A stretch of DNA of 64,000 nucleotides. Source: Candidatus Acidiferrales bacterium (lineage in GTDB: Bacteria; Acidobacteriota; Terriglobia; Acidiferrales; UBA7541). The notes beneath the pieces were generated by a model, which had not been told where the DNA came from, did not search any database, and saw nothing but the letters and a program-made list of their open reading frames with translations. The stretch is from contig DATGHO010000038.1 of assembly GCA_035307965.1 (NCBI GenBank), positions 9,904 to 73,903 on the forward strand. The letters run 5' to 3'. The position numbers were made by a program, and so were the translations under genes. Positions 58,097 to 64,000 of the stretch are shown here, piece after piece; position 1 is the stretch's first letter; the number at the start of each line of letters is the position of its first letter.

Positions 58097-59773
58097 TCAG
58101 CGGCGGCGTTTTGTACGTCGGCGGGGCTTGCGGCGTTCCTCGGGTGGAACTCCCAAGACGAACTGTTCGGGTTGCGGGGTTTCGGCGCGGGGAGCGCGGC
58201 GGAAGGTGACGTTGCTCATGTGCGGGTAGTCGATGCCTTTGCCTTCGAGAAGTTCGGCGATAGTGAGAATTTGCAGGCGTGGGTAGTGCAGGTCTTCAGA
58301 GCCGCGTTTGCCCCAGGGCGATTTGTAGATTCCGGCAGCGGCGGCTTCGGTGCGCATGGGTTTGGTGGCGTCTTCGAGGGTGATGAGGACGCTGATTTCG
58401 GCTTTTTCGCGTTCGATGACGCCGCGCAGATCGCGGACATGCGTGACGTTGACGTGGCCGGATTTCACGGAGAGGATAATTTGTTTGGTCGCGCCGCCTT
58501 CGCCCTCGTCGTGAAAGTAAAGGCGGCCATCGATGCCCTGATCGCTGCCTTTGCGCTGCTCGGCTCGGCGCGCGCCGACAAGGCCGAGCGCCCACCATTG
58601 AAATTGGTACGGATCGTCTTTGGCGAGTTGTTCGGCATCGGGAAGCGCGGTTGGCTCGCCGATGACTTTGTAGGTTTCCTTCACGGCCTCGCCGAATGCG
58701 TCGCGAAGACGGCTCTTGATGAGGCCGATGGCGAGATGCGTGATGTCTATGCCGATCCAGTTGCGATTGAGGCGCTGCGCGACGGCGATGGTTGTGCCGC
58801 AGCCGCAGAACGGGTCGAGAACCGTGTCGCCTTCGTTGCTACTCGATTTGATTATGCGTTCGAGTAGGGTTTCGGGCTTCTGAGTTGGATAGCCGAGCCG
58901 TTCTTGGGCGCGAGAGTTTATTGGGTCAATGTCCGTCCAGACGTTTCCCATTAGCACGCCGGCCATTTTGTCCAAGTATCTTTTCAATCGTGGCCGCTTT
59001 TTTTTCGAGTCCGGGTACCAGATTAGGCCATCTGCGTCGAGTTGGGCCATCGTTTCGCGCGAGTAGCGCCATCCGAATGGCGGCGGTGCATGCCCCTTCC
59101 ATGTGTACGTCATGTTTGGTCTCGGCTTCGGACTGGTCATGTTATCTAAGGTGTAGCGTCTCCCATCTGGATCGCGAAACCGGTATTTATCCTCGATATA
59201 TTCATCGCTGTGAGGCAGGTGTTGTGGATTCCAGGTGAAGCCTTCCGTTTTCGAATAGTGAAGCAGGACATCAGCGACCGGACTCCACCGCTTTGCGTCG
59301 CTGTGCGTTCCCGTACGTCTCCAAGTAATGTCGGCCCTAAAATTCTCCGGTCTGAAAATAGCGTCCATGAGCAGCTTCAAATAGTGGCTGGCCGTGGGAT
59401 CGCAGTGCAGGTAGATGCTGCCGGTGGATTTTAGGGCGCGATGAAGTTCGACGAGGCGCGGGGCCATCATGGTGAGATAGGCGAGCATGTCGTTGGTGCC
59501 GAGGAAGCGGCGGAACGCTTGCATGACGTCGGAGACGCGACCGGCGCGTTCGACGATTTCTTCGTACATGCCGGCGGAGAGCGTGTTCCATTCCCAGGTG
59601 TCTTCGAAGGCTTTGAATTGGGCGGCGGCGCCGGTGCCGTCCTTTTCGGCGAAGAGGACGTTGTAATCCTGATTGCTCTTGAAGGGCGGATCGAGATAGA
59701 CGAGATCGACGGATTCGTCTTTGATGTAACGGCGGAGAACGTCGAGGTTGTCGCCGTAATAGAGTTGGTTCAT
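58097..59773 (-). CDS. Beta-class DNA methyltransferase (N6-adenine type predicted) fused to a C-terminal Mrr-like PD-(D/E)xK-fold domain
   Basis: Motif IV is LDPPF near the N-terminus. [14 protein letters not shown] and motif I ([11 protein letters not shown]) lie about 285 aa later. The C-terminus reads [13 protein letters not shown]...[21 protein letters not shown]...VLITLED. Confidence 0.85.
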   Translation of the reverse strand: MNQLYYGDNLDVLRRYIKDESVDLVYLDPPFKSNQDYNVLFAEKDGTGAAAQFKAFEDTWEWNTLSAGMYEEIVERAGRVSDVMQAFRRFLGTNDMLAYLTMMAPRLVELHRALKSTGSIYLHCDPTASHYLKLLMDAIFRPENFRADITWRRTGTHSDAKRWSPVADVLLHYSKTEGFTWNPQHLPHSDEYIEDKYRFRDPDGRRYTLDNMTSPKPRPNMTYTWKGHAPPPFGWRYSRETMAQLDADGLIWYPDSKKKRPRLKRYLDKMAGVLMGNVWTDIDPINSRAQERLGYPTQKPETLLERIIKSSSNEGDTVLDPFCGCGTTIAVAQRLNRNWIGIDITHLAIGLIKSRLRDAFGEAVKETYKVIGEPTALPDAEQLAKDDPYQFQWWALGLVGARRAEQRKGSDQGIDGRLYFHDEGEGGATKQIILSVKSGHVNVTHVRDLRGVIEREKAEISVLITLEDATKPMRTEAAAAGIYKSPWGKRGSEDLHYPRLQILTIAELLEGKGIDYPHMSNVTFRRAPRAETPQPEQFVLGVPPEERRKPRRRTKRRR

Positions 59774-59917
59774 GTTTTGACCGCGCTCACCGCGCGTGGA
59801 GCGGATTATATAGAAAAAATGGAGATGTGCGACTGGTGATTAGTGGCGAATTGAGCAACGAATACTTTGCGCGGGTGTAGCGCGCAAAAGGAAGGGATCA
59901 TTTGTGGCTGCGTTTTC

Positions 59918-60310
59918 GGCACGGCTGAAGCCGTGCCCTTACGAAAGCGAGGCGTTTCGTGGTGCGCGAGGCGGAACGCGACTCTGGGGAGTCGCGCGGG
60001 CGCGGCAAGCCAGCGCCCCTACGAAGGCCACGGCAGGTTCCTCGTCCGACTGCGAAGGGCAAAAGCCGCAGATTCGCAGGAGGCGCCCCGACAAAGGGCG
60101 CCGAGGGCAAGCGATTCTGCGCTACAACGGCAAAGACACACAGCCGTGCGAAACACCGGAAGGTTGGGAAGGCAGAAACAAGCAGCTGGGCGAAGCAACG
60201 CTGGTGATCGGGCGCGTCAGGTGGCAAAGCGGCGTCGAGTTCCGGCTGCGCAGGAGTCGGCGAGGCGGACCGCCGCACTCCAAAAATGCGCAGGCTAACG
60301 CTTGCGGGCG
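59918..60310. repeat. Mosaic block of REP-like modules upstream of higB
   Basis: The block contains the GGCACGGCtgaaGCCGTGCC hairpin. It also holds R3 (59966..60026), the R1 5' flank (60032..60044), R2 (60061..60126) and the ggcaaagcggcgtcgagttccggctgcgc module (60223..60251). A gctaacgcttgc 12-mer lies at 60294..60305. Confidence 0.75.
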
Positions 60311-60328
60311 TGTGACCTATAAGTTACA

Positions 60329-60667
60329 ATGCAGAACGTGATCGAGGTTCGCCACTATGTCACACGCGCTGGAAAGGACGTGTTTGATGAGTGGCTCTCC
60401 GAACTTCATGACGCTCGCACACAGGCTAAGATTGCAGCTCGAATCAACCGTCTTGCTTGTGGGAACTTTGGCGACTGCAAGGCGCTGCGCCGCGGTTTGT
60501 GCGAGTTGCGAATCGATTGGGGGCCTGGGTATCGAGTCTATTACGCGATTGTAGGCAGGGTTTGCGTATTGCTGCTCTGCGGAGGCGACAAGCGAAGGCA
60601 GTCGTCTGACATAGACCGCGCGTTAGCGTACCTCGAAGACTATCGCGAAAGGACTGGAAGCAAATGA
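60329..60667 (+). CDS. higB: Type II toxin-antitoxin toxin, RelE/ParE superfamily (HigB-like addiction module killer)
   Basis: The protein is 112 aa. The segment ...FGDCKALRRGLCELRIDWGPGYRVYYAIVGRVCVLLLCGGDKRRQSSDI is typical. A 4-nt overlap joins it to the antitoxin. Confidence 0.85.
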   Translation: MQNVIEVRHYVTRAGKDVFDEWLSELHDARTQAKIAARINRLACGNFGDCKALRRGLCELRIDWGPGYRVYYAIVGRVCVLLLCGGDKRRQSSDIDRALAYLEDYRERTGSK

Positions 60668-60963
60668 AACGTAAAATCAGCGAATCCCACCACGAAGCCA
60701 TAGTTCGGCGGCTCAAAAAAGACCCGGAATTTGCCGCCGAGTACCTCAGAGCAACGTTGGAAGATGAAAACGAGCCGCGCGTTCTGCTGATTGCCTTGCG
60801 GCAGCTCGCCGAGGCGCAAGGCATCGCCAAAGTGGCAAGGGCGGCTGGCATCCAGCGGGAGAGCCTCTATCGAGCGCTGTCGCCGCGAGGGAACCCGCGT
60901 CTATCTACATTGGTCGCGGTCACGAAGGCAATCGGACTGAAGCTTACGGTCGAAGCAGCTTAG
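60664..60963 (+). CDS. higA: Addiction-module antidote protein (HigA-family HTH antitoxin)
   Basis: The protein is 99 aa. The motifs DPEFAAEYL and the HTH segment GIAKVARAAGIQRESLYRALSPRGNPRLSTL are present. Confidence 0.85.
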   Translation: MKRKISESHHEAIVRRLKKDPEFAAEYLRATLEDENEPRVLLIALRQLAEAQGIAKVARAAGIQRESLYRALSPRGNPRLSTLVAVTKAIGLKLTVEAA

Positions 60964-61011
60964 CCATCCGCCGTTCTAGAAGCTAGAGGTTGGAAGCTGG
61001 AGGCTGGAAAA

Positions 61012-61204
61012 CCGAGCGCAGCTTCAGAACAAGTTTTGCGCTACAAGGGCAAAGCGGCGTCGAGCTCCGGCTGCGCCGGAAGCCGCGAGGCGGAACGCGA
61101 CTCTGGGGTTCGCGCGGGCGCGGCAAGCCAGCGCCCCTACGAAGACAACACAAGTGCCTCGTCGTCCCGATGAAAGTAATCGGGACTCGCTCGGAATGAC
61201 AACG
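61012..61204. repeat. Mosaic block of REP-like modules downstream of higA
   Basis: It contains the R2 3' end (..ttttgcgctaca), ggcaaagcggcgtcgagctccggctgcgc (61048..61077), R3 (61085..61144) and R1 with a GTCCCGAT/ATCGGGAC hairpin (61151..61203). Confidence 0.75.
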
Positions 61205-62230
61205 CTAACGCTTGCCCGTGCGGAGGCGGGCTAGTTCTTTTTCCAGGGCGCGGATGGCGGATTGCAGTTCGGGGAGGCGGCGGTAGACGCCGGTAGCGCG
61301 CAGCCAAATTTTGTTTTCGAAGGCGGGCGAGCCGGAATAGACCGCGCCTTCCGGCACGTCGTGCGAAACGGCGCTTTGCGCGGTCAGCACGGCGCCATCG
61401 CCAATATGAAGGTGTCCCGCTGCGGCGGACTGTCCCGCCATAATGACGCGATTGCCGATGATGGAAGAGCCGGCGAGGCCCACTTGGCCGCACAGCAGCG
61501 TGTCTTCGCCGACTTTGCAGGCGTGCCCGACCTGCACGAGATTGTCAATTTTCGCGCCGCGAGCGATGCGCGTTTCGCCGACGGTGGCGCGATCGATGGC
61601 GCTGTTGGCCTGAATCTCGACGTCGTCTTCGATCACTGTGACGCCGGCCTGCTGCATTTTGTGCCAGCGGCCATTTTTTTCGCGCGCGAAGCCGAAGCCG
61701 TCGCTGCCGATGACCACGCCATTTTGCAGAATCACGCGATTGCCGACGCGGCAATGTTCACGGACGGCGACGTGGCTATGCGCGAAAAAATCGTCGCCGA
61801 TGCGCGCGCCGCGATAAATGGTGACAAAACTGTGCAGCACGGCGCGGCTGCCGATGGTGACGTCATCGTCTATAAAGCAAAACGGCCCGATGTGCGCGTC
61901 CGGCGGCACTACGGCCGTTTTTGCGATCACAGCGCTCGGATGAATGCCGGGTTCATAGCGCGGCGGCTGGTAGAAAAGTTCAATGGCGTAGGCAAACGCG
62001 AGATAAGGATCGTCGGCGCGCAGCATGGGCAGGGGAATGCCTTCCTCTTTGTGGTTGACGATGATGGCGGAGGCGCGCGTCTTGTTGGCGTCGGCGCGAT
62101 AGCGGCGATTCGAGAGAAAGGTGAGCTGGCCGGGCTGCGCGTCCTCGATTCCCGCGACGCCGGTAATCTCGACATTCGCGTCGCCATCAATTTCGCATTT
62201 CAGCCGCGCGGCAACTTCTTGAAGTTTCAT
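61205..62230 (-). CDS. lpxD: UDP-3-O-(3-hydroxyacyl)glucosamine N-acyltransferase
   Basis: The N-terminus is MKLQEVAARL...ITGVAGIEDAQPGQLTFLSN. Left-handed beta-helix hexapeptide repeats follow. GGAGG precedes the ATG at 62230. Confidence 0.9.
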   Translation of the reverse strand: MKLQEVAARLKCEIDGDANVEITGVAGIEDAQPGQLTFLSNRRYRADANKTRASAIIVNHKEEGIPLPMLRADDPYLAFAYAIELFYQPPRYEPGIHPSAVIAKTAVVPPDAHIGPFCFIDDDVTIGSRAVLHSFVTIYRGARIGDDFFAHSHVAVREHCRVGNRVILQNGVVIGSDGFGFAREKNGRWHKMQQAGVTVIEDDVEIQANSAIDRATVGETRIARGAKIDNLVQVGHACKVGEDTLLCGQVGLAGSSIIGNRVIMAGQSAAAGHLHIGDGAVLTAQSAVSHDVPEGAVYSGSPAFENKIWLRATGVYRRLPELQSAIRALEKELARLRTGKR

Positions 62231-62373
62231 GGATTCGCCTCCGCATTGCACGATTGCAGGCCGCAGCAAATCACGGCCATGGAAATGTATACCACGGGGC
62301 GCGATTCAGGCCATGTTCCGAAAATGTCGCGACAATGTTCAGACAATAGCGATGCTGCTGGAAAGAAGGCAGA

Positions 62374-62865
62374 TTATTCGTCGAAAAGTTTCGGTTGCGA
62401 TGAGGACGCGGCTGCCGCGGGTTGGCGACGGCTAATTCCCACCACGCCCAGCACTTTCACTTCGCTGAGCGCGGTGCGCGGAATGAAAATCCACAGCGTG
62501 TTGCCGTGAAGATCGGGAGGCGTAAGCCGCAGGCCGTGATTGGCGATTTCCACCAGATTGTTGGCCACGATTCCTTCGATGGAATCCTTGTCGCGAAAGA
62601 GGCAGCGCACCCAAAGGCCTTCCAATTTTGGCCGGCTCAGAAAAGTCTTGCGTTCGGCGGGCTGGTGATTGGTGAATTCGCGCACGAAATGGATGCTCTT
62701 GATTTTTGACATTTCCAGGGTCAGGTATTCTCCGTCAGTCGTGAGGATTTCTACGGTCTCAGAAGCACCTAGCGCGCTAGGATTCAAATACGCCTGGACG
62801 CGCGTACCGTCGATCCGGAGGATCACGGCCTTCTTGTGAGTTGCTGTTGTAGTTGATCTTTTCAA
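62374..62865 (-). CDS. Hypothetical protein (163 aa)
   Basis: This is a clean ORF with balanced composition. No motif was recognised. Confidence 0.5.
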   Translation of the reverse strand: MKRSTTTATHKKAVILRIDGTRVQAYLNPSALGASETVEILTTDGEYLTLEMSKIKSIHFVREFTNHQPAERKTFLSRPKLEGLWVRCLFRDKDSIEGIVANNLVEIANHGLRLTPPDLHGNTLWIFIPRTALSEVKVLGVVGISRRQPAAAASSSQPKLFDE

Positions 62866-63101
62866 TGGCTGGCGCCTCGCCCGCGGACCAGGTTGTTGGC
62901 AAATTGAAATGCCCGGGTTTTACGGCCCGGCTGGTCTCGTGTTCCGAGCGGACATTCCATATGCTCGTCCATCGGACATATCACGTGCTGACTATAGTCC
63001 GCAACTTTCCATTTGCCGACGAATTAATAAAGCTGCTAGACTGTGCGCATTTGTTGCTCACCGGCACACACGCTGCACGTCGGCGAAAAGGGGAGTCCTC
63101 A

Positions 63102-64000
63102 ATGAAAGCAATCGGCGTGATTTTCGGATCTTTGACGTTGGGGCTTGCTTGTTTTCTCGTTCTCGCGCCTTCCCAGGTGAAATCGCAGAATTCTCGCTCG
63201 CCGGAGGTAGGCCGGGATGTGCACCATGATGTCTCGCTTCCGCTTCGCGAATTGTACGGCAGCGTGGAAGGCATAGAGCATCGGGTCATTCCTCTGAGGC
63301 ACCCGTTCCCGGTGAAGGCAATTTCCAACCAGGCGGACCCCATACTGCAGACCGTGCAAATTGCGCCTCTCGCCGCAATTACCCCAGGACTGAATTTCGA
63401 CGGCGTGGGCGTGGGTTTGGGCACTTTCTCTGATTGCTGCGCTCCACCGGATACCAACGCCACCGTGGGCACAACGCAGGTGGTCGAGTGGGTAAACTTG
63501 TCCTTCGCCGTATTCGACAAAGCTACGGGGGGCCTCATTTCGGGTCCGAAGGCGGGCAACGCCATCTGGTCGGGCTTTGGCGGCCAGTGCGAAGCGCACA
63601 ATGATGGCGACCCGATTGCGCAGTACGACAAAGCGGCAGGCCGCTGGGTGCTGGCCCAGCCTGTATTCGAAAGTCCGTACGCGTACTGCGTCGCAGTGTC
63701 AACTACCTCGGACGCGACCGGTTCGTACAACCGCTATGAATTCTCGATGCCGAATTTCCCTGATTATCCGAAGCTGGGCGTGTGGGCGGACGGATATTAC
63801 GCTTCGTTTAACATTTTCAACGGGAACTCGTTCGCAGGGGCGCGCGCATGTGCATTTGATCGCAGTGCGATGCTCGCTGGCTCTTCCGCGACACAGATCT
63901 GTTTTCAGGAAAGCTCGAGTGTCGCTAGCCTCTTGCCTTCCGACCTCGATGGCTCAACTGCCCCGCCGAGCGGCGAACCGGACTTTTTCCTGAATTTCGG
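63102..64000 (+). CDS. Secreted hypothetical protein, 3'-truncated by the window edge
   Basis: AAGGGGAG precedes the ATG at 63102. The signal peptide is MKAIGVIFGSLTLGLACFLVLAPSQV. The frame stays open to position 64000. It is absent from the track because no stop lies in the window. Confidence 0.65.
   Translation, partial: MKAIGVIFGSLTLGLACFLVLAPSQVKSQNSRSPEVGRDVHHDVSLPLRELYGSVEGIEHRVIPLRHPFPVKAISNQADPILQTVQIAPLAAITPGLNFDGVGVGLGTFSDCCAPPDTNATVGTTQVVEWVNLSFAVFDKATGGLISGPKAGNAIWSGFGGQCEAHNDGDPIAQYDKAAGRWVLAQPVFESPYAYCVAVSTTSDATGSYNRYEFSMPNFPDYPKLGVWADGYYASFNIFNGNSFAGARACAFDRSAMLAGSSATQICFQESSSVASLLPSDLDGSTAPPSGEPDFFLNF

Noticed and set aside
58019-59839. Plus-strand ORFs of 282 aa (58019..58867) and 132 aa (59441..59839).
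   Set aside because: They lie antisense to the methyltransferase gene and have Gly/Ala/Asp-rich shadow composition.
59867-61199. Arg/Gly-rich ORFs of 60-145 aa (for example 59867..60298, 59904..60341 and 60990..61199).
   Set aside because: They are conceptual translations of REP-like repeat modules found in several non-coding places.
61262-62509. A 415-aa plus-strand ORF.
   Set aside because: It lies antisense to lpxD and runs across an intergenic gap. It is a shadow frame.
1-64000. A search by eye for tRNA, rRNA, tmRNA, RNase P, transposase/integrase genes and CRISPR arrays.
   Set aside because: None was recognised: no GGTTCGA-type T-arm contexts, no tmRNA or RNase P signature strings, and no DDE or tyrosine-recombinase motifs. 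This is a manual scan, so small RNAs could have been missed.

Overview
The window is chromosomal, about 58-60% GC by hand counts on sampled lines. The host is Gram-negative (lpxD and beta-barrel outer-membrane proteins present). Gene content suggests a soil Acidobacteriota-like organism, but that is only a guess. No rRNA, tRNA, CRISPR array, transposase or integrase was recognised. All family calls rest on motifs read from the translations; no database search was run.

Layout:
- 0.2-5.2 kb: a three-gene formate dehydrogenase operon. Its alpha subunit contains an in-frame UGA (selenocysteine) with a SECIS hairpin.
- 5.2-19.5 kb: mixed envelope and secreted proteins, Ku, a type III PKS plus flavoprotein pair, and a GAF histidine kinase. 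This stretch includes a second candidate selenoprotein, a rhodanese with C-x4-U.
- 19.5-22.2 kb: a lower-GC islet with a decayed higA and a two-gene cassette (unknown 260-275 aa protein plus a ParB/Srx-fold protein).
- 22.3-32.9 kb: S9 peptidase, GH20 hexosaminidase, then an AlkA / DUF488 / B12-radical-SAM / DUF488 cluster interleaved with REP-like repeats. A single-gene insertion here is flanked by a 33-bp direct duplication.
- 32.9-57.1 kb: a plus-strand housekeeping block (zwf-pgl, lepB, carAB, bshC, hemW, ltaE, meaB, mtnP, ldcA-mpl, plsC).
- 57.1-61.2 kb: a second accessory islet with structured non-coding DNA, a DUF2513 gene carrying an in-frame TAG, a beta-class DNA methyltransferase fused to an Mrr-like domain, and a HigB/HigA module bracketed by mosaic repeats.
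- 61.2-64 kb: lpxD, a hypothetical protein and a truncated secreted protein.

Best candidates for something new:
- the ParB-fold two-gene cassette;
- the methyltransferase/Mrr-like/DUF2513/HigBA islet;
- the same 125-nt element sitting at the core-side edge of both islets;
- the Sec-rhodanese;
- REP-like elements embedded in frame in a coding sequence.
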